Positions 1 through 9,928 of a stretch of DNA of 55,970 bases are shown here, one piece after another. The notes beneath the pieces were generated by a model, which saw only the letters and a program-made list of their open reading frames with translations, had not been told where the DNA came from and made no database searches. Numbering within the stretch: position 1 is the stretch's first letter; every line of letters begins with the position of its first letter. Both the position numbers and the translations under genes were made by a program. This DNA is from a bacterium (GTDB taxonomy: Bacteria > Patescibacteriota > Minisyncoccia > UBA6257 > 2-01-FULL-56-20), in assembly GCA_021777495.1 (NCBI GenBank), contig JAJYDL010000001.1, forward strand, positions 1-55,970. The letters are read 5' to 3'.

Positions 1-98
1 GCCGTCCGACTGCTCAATGACAGGCCAAGAAAGCGGCACGGCTACCGCACTCCGCGAGAGGTGTTCAATGGTCGTTGCAATTCAAACTAGAATGCAGG
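1..98 (+). mobile_element. Right end of an IS30-family element (transposase C-terminus 1..90 plus terminal IR), truncated by the window edge
   Basis: 1..98 is identical to the reverse complement of 10254..10351; translates AVRLLNDRPRKRHGYRTPREVFNGRCNSN*. Confidence 0.95.
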
Positions 99-177
99 CC
101 CGGGTGCCGCTCCCCTGGCGGAGGGTGGTATACTTACTATATATAAAGGTCGCACCATAGTCTTCCCACTCTACAAT

Positions 178-441
178 ATGGACGCTTCCACGCAGGAACA
201 CGCGGGAGAGCACGGGGTGCAGGATGCCGCAGCGCACGGACAGGATGCGGGGTGCCGTTGCGCCCATCGCCGCACCATTCCGGTCCTCGCGATCATCGTC
301 GGCCTCGAATTCTTCCTTGCGGAGATCGGCATCTTCACATGGGGGTTCGTGAACGTCACCTGGCCGCTCCTCGTCATCATTGCGGGCATCGCGGGACTCA
401 AGGGCAGCCACTGCCGCTGTCACGGCCGTTGCCGGGAATAA
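178..441 (+). CDS. Small 2-TM membrane protein (DUF5668/LiaF-TM-like) with Cys/His-rich termini
   Basis: Two hydrophobic segments, WPLLVIIAG motif, followed by a terminator. Confidence 0.7.
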   Translation: MDASTQEHAGEHGVQDAAAHGQDAGCRCAHRRTIPVLAIIVGLEFFLAEIGIFTWGFVNVTWPLLVIIAGIAGLKGSHCRCHGRCRE

Positions 442-472
442 CGAATCCGACACACCGGCGCGGACCGGGATC

Positions 473-508
473 AAAAAAGACCGCCGTCGCACGTCGGTCT
501 TTTTTTTT
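473..508. terminator. Bidirectional intrinsic terminator
   Basis: AAAAAAGACCG...CGGTCTTTTTTTT between convergent genes. Confidence 0.8.
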
Positions 509-518
509 GCTCCCTCTC

Positions 519-1103
519 CTATTGTGCGGGTTCTTCCGTCACCTTCTGGATGTTCGCTCTCCGAAGCAGTTCCCGCTGCAGCCATTCGGCGAGATCCTTG
601 TCGAGGGCCGGCAGGATGCCTTCGCTGTCGTCGTCGCCCGGCTTACCCACGTCCTCGTGGCCCGCGGTCAGGATCAGGATCTTGCTGAGGCCCATCATCT
701 GGAAAGAAAGATCCCGCTCGATGTCCACGTCCTGGATCTGCCGGTACGGGATCGCCACCTCCTCCTTCTCGAGGATGCCCCGCTTGATCTTCAGCGAATC
801 CTCCCCGAGCGCGAACTTATAGTTCGCGTAGATGAGCCATGCGATGAGGAACGTGACGCCGAACACAACAACAAAGAGGATCGCGGACGCCCCGGCGCCG
901 AGCATGGCGTATGCCGCCAGGTTTCCAAACGGCGTCGTCGCAAGCGATTTTTGGCTCCCCACCACGAGAAGCACGGCCGCGAGCATGAAGAAAAGCAGTG
1001 TTGCATTCATCCGCTCGAACACGAACATCCAGAGCGTCTTCCGCCCCAGCGTACGATATTCCTCCTCCGGGATCCCCGGGTGATTTACGGCTCCTTCTTC
1101 CAT
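519..1103 (-). CDS. Membrane protein with bacterial PH (bPH_2) domain
   Basis: 2 TM helices then YKFALGEDSLKIKRGIL...IPYRQIQDVDIER...MGLSKILILTAG; start placed at MEEG, 7 nt after TAAAAT. Confidence 0.85.
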   Translation of the reverse strand: MEEGAVNHPGIPEEEYRTLGRKTLWMFVFERMNATLLFFMLAAVLLVVGSQKSLATTPFGNLAAYAMLGAGASAILFVVVFGVTFLIAWLIYANYKFALGEDSLKIKRGILEKEEVAIPYRQIQDVDIERDLSFQMMGLSKILILTAGHEDVGKPGDDDSEGILPALDKDLAEWLQRELLRRANIQKVTEEPAQ

Positions 1104-1171
1104 TTTGATTATTTTACCATATTTCGCTACAATGGAACCAAGCATATTTGTTCGCGTAAGATCCCACTCCC

Positions 1172-1678
1172 ATTCCAAAGCCCCGTATCAACAGCCAAAT
1201 AACCGCCCCCGAGCTCCGCGTCATCGGAGAGGACGGAACCAACCTCGGCGTCATGCCCCGCGGAGAGGCGCTTAAGCTTGCCCGCCCCGAGGAAGGCCTC
1301 GATCTCATCGAGATCTCCGCAAATGCCAATCCCCCCGTCGTACGCCTTATGAGCTACGACAAGTTCCGCTATGAGGAGGATAAGCGCCTCAAAAAGGAAC
1401 GGCTCGCCCAGAAAGGGACGGCCATGAAGACGGTGCAGATCAGCGCCCGCGCCGCGGAGAACGACCTCATGGTCCGCGTCCGCCAGGTGGAGAAATTCTT
1501 CGCCCAAGGGCACCCCGTGGAGGTGACGATGCGCCTCCGCGGCCGCGAGAAGCGCAACAAGGACTGGGCAATGCAGAAACTCCTCGAATTCCTCAAGCTT
1601 CTGCCCATGGAATACAAGAAGCTCAACGAACCCCGCTTCCTCGGCAACGGCCCCGCCGTGCAGATCGCGAAAAAGTAG
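1172..1678 (+). CDS. infC: Translation initiation factor IF-3 (probable ATT start)
   Basis: RINSQITAPELRVIGEDGTNLGVM...GLDLIEIS...MRLRGRE; in-frame TAA at 1157; ATT at 1172. Confidence 0.95.
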   Translation: MPKPRINSQITAPELRVIGEDGTNLGVMPRGEALKLARPEEGLDLIEISANANPPVVRLMSYDKFRYEEDKRLKKERLAQKGTAMKTVQISARAAENDLMVRVRQVEKFFAQGHPVEVTMRLRGREKRNKDWAMQKLLEFLKLLPMEYKKLNEPRFLGNGPAVQIAKK

Positions 1679-1694
1679 CCCGTTCCGGCTATAC

Positions 1695-1724
1695 TTGACA
1701 ATATAGGCACTTTTGTGCTATTAT
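1695..1724 (+). promoter_or_regulatory. Sigma70-type promoter
   Basis: TTGACA-18nt-TATTAT with extended TG; AGGAGG RBS at 1741. Confidence 0.65.
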
Positions 1725-1750
1725 ATATACGTCATCCCAAAGGAGGGGTT

Positions 1751-1948
1751 ATGACTATGTTGTCGACGCCGGATTCAGTTGTTCTTTTTGCGGTGTGCCT
1801 GCTGGTATTGGCACTCCGCAGACCTCGAGTGCTCGCGGTCTGTCCCGCGGCCGCAGGCGCGGCCATGTTCGGGGTGATGCTCTACGGCATCACCCATGCA
1901 GCGGTGCTGGCCAATGAAGGCCAGCAGATCCTCGCCCAGCTCCGCTAG
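1751..1948 (+). CDS. Small hypothetical membrane protein (65 aa)
   Basis: Own promoter, strong SD, two hydrophobic stretches, downstream hairpin 1968..1996. Confidence 0.6.
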   Translation: MTMLSTPDSVVLFAVCLLVLALRRPRVLAVCPAAAGAAMFGVMLYGITHAAVLANEGQQILAQLR

Positions 1949-2123
1949 GCGAGGCCACAATCCAATCGAGGCAGGGACCACCGCCGTCCCTGCCTCTTCC
2001 CATATCATGGGGGGGCGTGGATCCCGGCAGTTGCAAAGTTTTCCCCGATGTGATACCCTCTTACCTATTGAGCAGGAGATACCCCTCACCGGGGGATTTT
2101 TCAAGGAAACCCATACGAATCCC

Positions 2124-2294
2124 ATGCCTTCCAAAAGCCTTTCCAAACGGATAAAGATCACGAAGAACGGAAAGATCGTGCGCCGCTCCATGGGCATCGA
2201 TCATTTCAAGACGCGCAAGAGCACCAAGACGAACCGCAATTCCCGGAAGAACGCTTCGCTCAATTTCCCTCTCAAGAAGCTTCTCAACTATTAA
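2124..2294 (+). CDS. rpmI: 50S ribosomal protein L35
   Basis: KSLSKRIKITKNGKIVRRSMGIDHF; directly upstream of rplT. Confidence 0.92.
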   Translation: MPSKSLSKRIKITKNGKIVRRSMGIDHFKTRKSTKTNRNSRKNASLNFPLKKLLNY

Positions 2295-2311
2295 TATAAC
2301 CGCATACCGCC

Positions 2312-2659
2312 ATGCCGAGAGTCAAAAGGGGTACCATTGCCAATAAGCGCCGCGCCAAAGTCCTCAAGAGGACCAAGGGGTTCCGCTGGGGCCGCAAGTC
2401 GAAGGAGCGCTATGCGAAAGAGGCGCTTCTCCACGCCGGAGCCCACGCGTTCCGCGGACGCAAGGAGAAGAAGCGCACCTACCGCCAGCTCTGGAACGTG
2501 AAGATCAATGCGGTGATCCGGGAGGAGGGCATGAGCTACAGCAAGTTCATCGCCGCGCTCAAAAAGGCGAACGTCGCCCTCGACCGCAAGATCCTCGCCG
2601 ACCTCGCCGAGCACGAACCCGAAGCGTTCAAGAAGGTGGTCGCTGCAGCCAAGAAATAG
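2312..2659 (+). CDS. rplT: 50S ribosomal protein L20
   Basis: MPRVKRG...RQLWNVKINA...LDRKILADLA. Confidence 0.98.
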   Translation: MPRVKRGTIANKRRAKVLKRTKGFRWGRKSKERYAKEALLHAGAHAFRGRKEKKRTYRQLWNVKINAVIREEGMSYSKFIAALKKANVALDRKILADLAEHEPEAFKKVVAAAKK

Positions 2660-2666
2660 CAGATAT

Positions 2667-2690
2667 AAAAAAGGCCTTCGGGCCTTTTTT
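2667..2690. terminator. Bidirectional intrinsic terminator
   Basis: AAAAAAGGCC-TTCG-GGCCTTTTTT. Confidence 0.85.
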
Positions 2691-2700
2691 GTTTGTTCCT

Positions 2701-3288
2701 TTATTTCCTTGCGGAACCTTCCTTTTGCGCGTCACGGTGGGATGATGCGGGCGTCCCTTGGCGGCGTTCGGCGGTGCGATGCGGCGAAGGCGCTTGCTGC
2801 GGCGATTGCGGCTTCCGCCGCGGACGCAGAAAATCGTTCGCCTGCTTCAGCACCTTCTTCGTGTCCACGTACTTCTTCCCTATCACGTTCATCGCATCGT
2901 GGTAGAGGAACCATCCGTACCCGCTGTGCTCCCTCGGGCGGATGATGATCTCCGCTTTGTGCGTCTCGGCAAGGAAAAGGATCACGGTGTCGTAGATCCC
3001 CTGCGCACCGATTTTGAAATAGAAGCGTTCGTAGGCCCTGAAGTTCGGCGCGATCCGCAGCTCGTTCTTCTTGATGCCCGTCTCTTCCTCGAGCTCCCGC
3101 AGTGCGGTATCGATGCTCCGCTCGCCCGGTTCGAAGTGCCCCTTCGGGAAGTTCCAGTAATTCCCCCTGCGATACAAAAGGAGGAACTTCACCCCGTCGC
3201 TCGTCTTCCGATAGACGACGAACCCCGCCACCACCTGCTTTTTCGTGGGGATTTTCCGCGGTTCAGCGGGCTCTTTGGGCAATGTCAT
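2701..3288 (-). CDS. Nudix hydrolase (Ap4A hydrolase-like)
   Basis: Nudix box WNFPKGHFEPGERSIDTALRELEEETGI. Confidence 0.92.
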   Translation of the reverse strand: MTLPKEPAEPRKIPTKKQVVAGFVVYRKTSDGVKFLLLYRRGNYWNFPKGHFEPGERSIDTALRELEEETGIKKNELRIAPNFRAYERFYFKIGAQGIYDTVILFLAETHKAEIIIRPREHSGYGWFLYHDAMNVIGKKYVDTKKVLKQANDFLRPRRKPQSPQQAPSPHRTAERRQGTPASSHRDAQKEGSARK

Positions 3289-3377
3289 GGGGTAATTCTA
3301 CCATACCCCGCACTCCTGCGCGGTACCTTTTCATATTTTTACATATATGGTATAATGTTTACCAGGAGGGTTCACCG

Positions 3378-3854
3378 ATGGAAGTGTTTGCGATTGTGTT
3401 GGCGATTGGGATTCTGTTCTTTCTCTTGGAAACGGCACCGGTGTCGCTTGATGAGATCAAGCTGATGGCCGCAAGCGCAGAGGATTTTTCGGTGTTTCGG
3501 CTGCCCGCCGCTCCGGGAGATCCGCGCGCCATTTTCCGGGTATCCGGATATTCATCCCTCGGGCTCTACCATTGCACGTATGCGGCAATGATCATAGAGA
3601 CCCCGGAAGGATACGTGGTCTCCGAAGAGATCACGGCGAACGTCGGGCTCTTCAGGACTCGTGCGCTCCGCGGCGATTTTCTGAACGATCGCCTCATGCG
3701 CTGGGGACGCCATGCACGGTATAAAGACGTTCCCCTTGTCCCCGATGAAGAAGCCGCAATGCTGCTTAAAAATCTGCTATCGATGGCGAGAACCCTGGTC
3801 GCCCGCACCCAGGGAGTAACATCCATCATCGCCCCGTCACAGATTCGCCCGTGA
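3378..3854 (+). CDS. Hypothetical protein with N-terminal hydrophobic anchor
   Basis: TGGTATAAT promoter, AGGAGG RBS, terminator 3831..3866. Confidence 0.65.
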   Translation: MEVFAIVLAIGILFFLLETAPVSLDEIKLMAASAEDFSVFRLPAAPGDPRAIFRVSGYSSLGLYHCTYAAMIIETPEGYVVSEEITANVGLFRTRALRGDFLNDRLMRWGRHARYKDVPLVPDEEAAMLLKNLLSMARTLVARTQGVTSIIAPSQIRP

Positions 3855-3866
3855 CGGGGCTTTTTT
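3831..3866 (+). terminator. Intrinsic terminator
   Basis: GCCCCGTCAC...GTGACGGGGC followed by a T run. Confidence 0.7.
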
Positions 3867-5631
3867 ACCATCCTGCGCTTTTTTTGAGGCGCGCGCGCAT
3901 CTTCGCGAGCGGCCGGGCGTTCACCACGTCATCCCTCGATGCCCATCCGCGCCGCGCCTGCGCGATGCCGTATTCGAGATAGGGAAAGTGGGCGATGGCA
4001 TGCGCGTCGGAATCGATGGAAAGCTGCACGCCGGCTTCCACGCACTTGCGGATATATTCATCCCTGAGATCCGTGCGGTCCGGATAGGCGTCGATCTCGA
4101 GCACGGTGCCGGTGCGTTTTGCCGCCGCGATCACCGCATCCATATCGAGATCGATCGGCGGGCGCCGGTCGATGATGCGGCACGTGGGATGGAAGAGGAT
4201 GTCCACATAGGGATTCTCCATCGCACGGATCACCCGCGCCGTCTGGTCCTTGCGGGAAAGCCCGAAGAACGAGTGCACCGATACTCCCACGACGTCCAGC
4301 TTCGCAAGCACCTCGTCGGGGAGATCGAGCGACCCGTCCTTCAGGATATCGCACTCCGTCCCTTTGAGAACCGTCATCTTCCCCGCAAGCCGCGCATTCA
4401 CCGCATCGATCTCCTTCCATTGCTTCCGTATCCGCACCTCGTCGAGGCCGTGCGTCATCGCAAGCCGCTTCGTATGGTCGGTGACCGCGATATAGGCGAG
4501 TCCCTGCGCCATAGCCGCCTTCGCCATTGCCTCGATCGATGCCGTACCGTCGGTCCAGTCGGTCTGCACCTGGAGGTCCCCTTTGAGGTCCCCGTATTCG
4601 ATGAGCTTCGGGAGTCTGTGCGCAAGCGCCGCCTGCACCTCCCCCGCATTCTCGCGGAGCTCCGGCGCGGGCCAGTCCATGCCGAGGCGGGCGTAGATCT
4701 CCCGTTCATCGTCCCCGGCAATGCGGACCTCCTTCCCTCCGGGGCCCACTTTGAAAAGCCCGTACTCATTGAGCTTCAATCCTTTCTTTACCGCAATCTG
4801 GCGTATCGCCACGTTGTGGTCCTTCGATCCCGTGAAATAATTGAGCGCCGCGCCGTAGGATTCCTTCGGAACCACCCGTAAGTCCACGTTGATGCCCGGA
4901 CGTATCTTTATGGACGACTTCGTCGCGCCGTGCGCGATGACGGAGAGCGTCCCCGGCATTGCGACGAACGCCTCCATGACGGTCCCCGGATCGGACGAGA
5001 TCGCAAGAATATCGATATCGCCGACGGTCTCTTTGCGCCGGCGCGCCGAACCCGCGGCGATCGCGCGTTCCACGCCCGGCACGGCGGCGAGCATCGCCTC
5101 GATCTCCCGCACCTTCGGCATGATGTGCCCCAGCATGAACCGCTGACCGGCCCCTTTTGCGAATCCGATCCCCTTCAAGATCTTCTCCTCGCTCTTTTTT
5201 CCGAATCCCGCGAGCGCCGCGATCTTCCCCGCCTTCGCCGCGGCTTCGAGCTCCTTCAGGTTGCGGATGCCGAGCTCCCTATAGAGCCGCTCCACGGATT
5301 TCGGTCCGAGCCCTTCCACCCGGGAAAGCTCGTCGAGGCGCACCGGCGTCTCTTTCTTGAGCGACTCGTAATACGCGAGCCTGCCCGTCTTCAAAATCTC
5401 TTCGATATGCTCCGCGATCGATGCCCCCACGCCCGGGATCTCCCGCAACGCCTTCACGCCCCCTTTCGCATAGAGGTCGGACGCCTCCTCCTCGAGGCCC
5501 GCCACCGCCTCCGCGGCCTTCTCGTAGGCCCGCGGTTTGAAGGCCACCTTCTGCATCGCGAGATATTCCCCGATCTGGCGGAGCATCTCCGCAATGTCCC
5601 GGTTCGTGGATGCCGTCGGTCTTAAAGCCAT
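3865..5631 (-). CDS. polX: DNA polymerase X / PHP domain protein
   Basis: HhH motifs, AGSARRRKETVGDIDIL, YFTGSKDHN, C-terminal PHP (TDH, SDAH). Confidence 0.95.
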   Translation of the reverse strand: MALRPTASTNRDIAEMLRQIGEYLAMQKVAFKPRAYEKAAEAVAGLEEEASDLYAKGGVKALREIPGVGASIAEHIEEILKTGRLAYYESLKKETPVRLDELSRVEGLGPKSVERLYRELGIRNLKELEAAAKAGKIAALAGFGKKSEEKILKGIGFAKGAGQRFMLGHIMPKVREIEAMLAAVPGVERAIAAGSARRRKETVGDIDILAISSDPGTVMEAFVAMPGTLSVIAHGATKSSIKIRPGINVDLRVVPKESYGAALNYFTGSKDHNVAIRQIAVKKGLKLNEYGLFKVGPGGKEVRIAGDDEREIYARLGMDWPAPELRENAGEVQAALAHRLPKLIEYGDLKGDLQVQTDWTDGTASIEAMAKAAMAQGLAYIAVTDHTKRLAMTHGLDEVRIRKQWKEIDAVNARLAGKMTVLKGTECDILKDGSLDLPDEVLAKLDVVGVSVHSFFGLSRKDQTARVIRAMENPYVDILFHPTCRIIDRRPPIDLDMDAVIAAAKRTGTVLEIDAYPDRTDLRDEYIRKCVEAGVQLSIDSDAHAIAHFPYLEYGIAQARRGWASRDDVVNARPLAKMRARLKKSAGW

Positions 5632-5685
5632 ACCTCCATTCTACCGCATTGCGCTATTTCTCCGCATTATATAACGCCATTTTTA

Positions 5686-8207
5686 TCACTGCTCCGGCAC
5701 GAAGTCGAACACACCGTCCGCATACACGAGCTTCACGCGGTTCCCCTTCAGCACCTTCTTACCGAGGATCGCCCGGGAAAGCGGGGCGCGCACCTTTTCG
5801 TCGATCACCCTGCGGAGCGGACGCGCACCATACGCGGGATCGTATCCGAGCTTCGCGATCTCCCGGAGCGCCTCGGGATCGAAATCGAGATAGATCCCCT
5901 TCTCCTTCATGGTATCCACGAGCTCCGCGAGATTCATCGCCACGATCTTCATGAGGTCGTCCGGCCCGAGATTCTTGAACACGATGATCTTCGAAAAGCG
6001 GTTGAGGAGCTCCGGCTTGTAGACGTCCGTAAGCCGCGCCTTCACGTATTCCGCGATCTGATCCATCGATTGGCCCTGCGAGAGCGCCTCGTTCACGATG
6101 TCCGAATGGGCGTTCGAGGTCGCAATGACGATCGTGTTCGTGAAGTCCACGACCCGGTTCAGGCTGTCCGTGAGGCGTCCGTCATCGAGCACCTGCAGGA
6201 AGAGATCGAGAATATCCGGATACGCCTTCTCGAACTCGTCGAGAAGGATGAGGCTATACGGCTTCGCGAGGACCGCATCGGTGAGCGCACCGCGCACCGC
6301 GCCGTCGGACGATCCTATGAAGCGCGCGTAGCTCGCCTTGTCCTGGTACTCCGTCATGTCGAAGCGGACCATCATCCGCTCCGAACCGAACTGGATGTCG
6401 GCGAGGATCTTCGCGAGCTCCGTTTTTCCAACACCGGTCGGCCCTACGAAAAGGAAGCTTGCGATCGGCCCCCCTTTGCGCACAAGGCCCGATCGGTATT
6501 CCCGTATGGCGTCCGCCACCGCGTTCACCGCCTCATCCTGGCCCACCAGCCGCTCGTGCACAAGCTCCTCCATATGAAGCAGCTTCTCCGCCTCGTCCTC
6601 GTCCGCTTCGTGCATCGGCACGTTCACCATTCCTTCGGCGACCGCGGTGATCCTCTCCGGACCGAGCGCCTTTTCTCCGCGCCGCTCCGCATCCACGAGC
6701 GCGCTCTTCACAAGCTCCTCGGCGCTCGAGGGAAGATACTTGTCGCGGAGATACCGCTTCGCGAGCGCAACGGCGCGCTTGATCGCTCCGAAACTTATCT
6801 CGATATCCGTCTCGTCCTCGAGCAGTACGCTTTCGTACGTAAGGACCCGCTCCGCCTCCTCTTCCGTGATCTCCGCCACGGGAATCTTCTCGAATATCGC
6901 GACAAAATCGCTGCGGGGCTCGATGAGCTGCTTGAACTCGCGGGGATAGGTCGACCCGATGACCGGGAACCGGTTCTCCATGATGACGGGCATGAGCGCA
7001 TCGGCCGCCGAAAGGTACGAAGCCCCCGACGTGCGCACAAGATTGTGGATATCGGGGATATGGAGGATGACGTTCCCCGCGTCCTCGATCTCCTCCACGA
7101 TGGCCTTGATCCGCGCCTCGAGCTCCTCCGGCGGTGCGCCGGCCGCAAGGCTCGCAAGATGAAGTTCCACCAGGCGGCGGTCGAAGAGCCCGCTCGGGAC
7201 ATTGTCCTTCACGAGCGCGAGAGCGAGGTGATGCACGATCGATTCCTTCCCGATACCGGGCTCGCCTATGAGGATCGCATTCGGATTGAGCGGCCGCGCG
7301 AGCGTTTCAATGAGACGGCCGTACTCCGCGCCGTGCCCCACGAGGAATCCCGCCTGCCCGCCCCTCGCCATGTCGGTAAGGTCGACGGCATAACGGTCGA
7401 GCGTGGGCGTCGGGCGCGCGGTCCATGCCCGGTTCATGATCCGATGCTTCGCCATCCGGTGCGTACCGATACCGAAGCCGCCCAACACCCGCGGAAGGCG
7501 CCGGAGGAATCCCCGTTTCGTAAGGGATCCGAAGAGGAGCGCGCGCTCGAGATCGCCGGATTCGATGGAAAACTCCCGAAAGAGCATCTCCATTCCTTCG
7601 CCCCCCGTTTTGGCAAGCGCCGAAAAAACATCCGCAGGCTGGATGAACTCATGGCCCGCCCGGACCGCCTGCGCAAACGCCGCCGCAAGGATCGCTTCGA
7701 CGGCCTTCTCGGCCTCCTCGCGTCCCGGACGTGCATTTCCGCTCTTCTCGAGGATCGCTTCGAGCTTTTCTTTGAAATCGCGGGTCTTTACGTCGAGGCG
7801 GCGCAACCCCTCCGCGATCACCGGCGATTCGAGGAGGCGATGCGCGAGTTCCGCGGAGAAATCCTTCCTCGTAATGATGCTTCTGTCGAGCGCACGCTCG
7901 ATGGCGCCGAATGCCGCGGGCGACGTGACCTTCGCAAGGTCGATCCTTCCCTCTCCGAACGAAATCTCGGAGATGGGCACATCCCCCTGCCCCCGATGCA
8001 CGAGAAGATCCGCCGCAACGATCAGAAGGAATATGCCGATCCACACGAGGAAATGGATCTTCGAGAAAATAAAGGTGAAGATCGCCGCCGCAAGCACGAG
8101 GTACGACACCCGGCCCACCACCCGCACGATCATGCGTCCGCCCACCGTCATCCTGAGGCGCGGATCGTCGAGATAGAGCGATGAGGGATCAAAAGGTCTT
8201 TGCCGCA
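5686..8207 (-). CDS. ClpA/ClpB-family AAA+ ATPase with N-terminal TM segments
   Basis: Two NBDs (GEPGIGKES; GPTGVGKT, LLDEFEKA), YGARPLRR; start uncertain (ORF extends to 8301). Confidence 0.88.
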
Positions 8208-8536
8208 TAGTAAAGGATAAGGAACGGGACCGCGATCCATATCGCATAGGCGATAAAGAAACATCCTGCGATCGCGAAATCGACGACCGCCCCGAGCGCA
8301 AGGCGGCCCGTCCTGAATATCACCCCGAGGATGCGCCCCACGATCGTGTAGTCCTTATAGAGCGGTTCGAAGAAATGCCGCACCGTCACCCGGAGCGCAA
8401 AGGAGCGATCCGCGGCCGCGAGCGCCGCCATAAGCCTCCGCCCGAACGCCGCCGACCCGTCGATATACCAATGATGGAAAAACGCGTAGATCCGGTAAAA
8501 GAAGCGCCCGAAAAGATAGGTCAGACTGAAATCCAT
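8189..8536 (-). CDS. Hypothetical membrane protein coupled to the Clp-like ATPase
   Basis: FFHHWY...FFEPLYKDYTIVGRILG and hydrophobic C-terminus; overlaps the downstream start. Confidence 0.75.
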   Translation of the reverse strand: MDFSLTYLFGRFFYRIYAFFHHWYIDGSAAFGRRLMAALAAADRSFALRVTVRHFFEPLYKDYTIVGRILGVIFRTGRLALGAVVDFAIAGCFFIAYAIWIAVPFLILYYAAKTF

Positions 8537-8548
8537 ACCATAATCATA

Positions 8549-9208
8549 TCAGAAAAGCCCCGACGGAGCCCCGGCCGTTCCTTTGCCGCCCTTCTTCGGT
8601 CCGCCGAACGGCGGTGCGGTCACCTTCGGCATCACGGCAGGGGGCGGTTCCGCGGCCATTCGCCCCGAAAGCACGTCGGGGATCTTCCCGAAATCCTCCC
8701 TCAAGACCTTCATCATCTCCGCCGAGCGCAGCGCCGCCGCCGGATGATAGACGGGGAACACCGTTCTCCCGCCCACGAGAAGCGCGCGGCCATGGTCCCT
8801 CGTCATCTTCGCGTCGGGAAGGAAATAGTTCATGGCGAAGCGTCCGAGCGTCACGATAAGCTTCGGCCCGATGGCGTCGATCTGCCTTGTAAGGTAGGGC
8901 TTATACGCCGCGATCTCCCCGGGGAGCGGGTCGCGATTCTCCGGAGGACGCCGCTTCACGATGTTCGTGATGTAGACGTCTTCGCGCTTCCATCCGAGCC
9001 CGCGGATCATGTCATCGAGAAGCCGTCCTCCTCGCCCGACGAAGGGGCGCTTGAGGCGATCTTCGTTCGCACCGGGCGCTTCGCCGATGAACATCACCGC
9101 GCACTCCACGTTCCCCTCGCCGAAGACGAGGTTCGCGGGCCGGAGCGGAAGCGCCGCGTCCACCTCCATCTCCTGTTCGATCTCCGCAAGCGCCGCATGC
9201 GTGTCCAT
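8549..9208 (-). CDS. Uracil-DNA glycosylase, family 4
   Basis: GEAPGANED..RPFVGRGG, YITNIVKRRPPENRDP, YHPAAALR. Confidence 0.95.
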   Translation of the reverse strand: MDTHAALAEIEQEMEVDAALPLRPANLVFGEGNVECAVMFIGEAPGANEDRLKRPFVGRGGRLLDDMIRGLGWKREDVYITNIVKRRPPENRDPLPGEIAAYKPYLTRQIDAIGPKLIVTLGRFAMNYFLPDAKMTRDHGRALLVGGRTVFPVYHPAAALRSAEMMKVLREDFGKIPDVLSGRMAAEPPPAVMPKVTAPPFGGPKKGGKGTAGAPSGLF

Positions 9209-9251
9209 GGCTCCATTATATAAGGAGGAGGACCCGGCCGCGAGCGGGCCG

Positions 9252-9917
9252 CTAGCGCGGCCTTTTGATCACCTCGATCACCTTGCCATTCACGAAGAAA
9301 TCGTCGTCGGCGCCGACATAGATGGGCGCGAAGTCCTCCGTCGAATCCGAGGTGAGCACCACCTGATTGTGGGCGGCATCTTTATGGAATCGTTTTACGT
9401 TCGCCGCGCCGTCGATCACGGAAAGGATGACGTCGCCCTCCGCCGGAACGCAATCGCCCCCATCCACGATGAGATAGTCGCCGTTATCGATCGTCTCCCC
9501 GTGCACCTTCGCCTGGTTCATGGAAAACCCGTCCGCACGCACCGCGAAAAGCCCTTTATTACTCGCGCGATGCACGAGTGAATTCGATACGCGCAGATAG
9601 CCCGCCACATTCTCCTCCGCAAGCACCTCTGCGGGACCGCAGTTCGCCACACCCACGATCGGGATCTGGAGAAGGCGCTTCCCGTGCTCAAGGAACCCGT
9701 CGATCCAGCCGTCCTTCGGTTTCTCGATGGTGCCCCTCACCCTATCGATCCGCAACAGCCCCTTTTTTTCCAGCTGCTGCAGATGATGCTTTATCTTCTG
9801 CGCCGAACGATCTCCTACAAGCTCCCCTATCTCCCGCAGGGAAAGGTTCGAAATGTTCCGATTCTTCGCAAGGCGCAGGAGCTTTTCCTGTATCGGATGC
9901 AGTTTTTGGGTTTCCAT
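9252..9917 (-). CDS. lexA: LexA-like repressor (HTH plus S24 peptidase)
   Basis: SLREIGELVG HTH, IPIVGVANCG cleavage region, GFSM catalytic Ser, VKRF catalytic Lys. Confidence 0.8.
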   Translation of the reverse strand: METQKLHPIQEKLLRLAKNRNISNLSLREIGELVGDRSAQKIKHHLQQLEKKGLLRIDRVRGTIEKPKDGWIDGFLEHGKRLLQIPIVGVANCGPAEVLAEENVAGYLRVSNSLVHRASNKGLFAVRADGFSMNQAKVHGETIDNGDYLIVDGGDCVPAEGDVILSVIDGAANVKRFHKDAAHNQVVLTSDSTEDFAPIYVGADDDFFVNGKVIEVIKRPR

Positions 9918-9928
9918 TTTTTTTGGTG

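Noticed and set aside
2060..2123. L20 leader RNA upstream of rpmI
   Set aside because: A small hairpin exists but I cannot match it to the known leader by eye; needs an Rfam search
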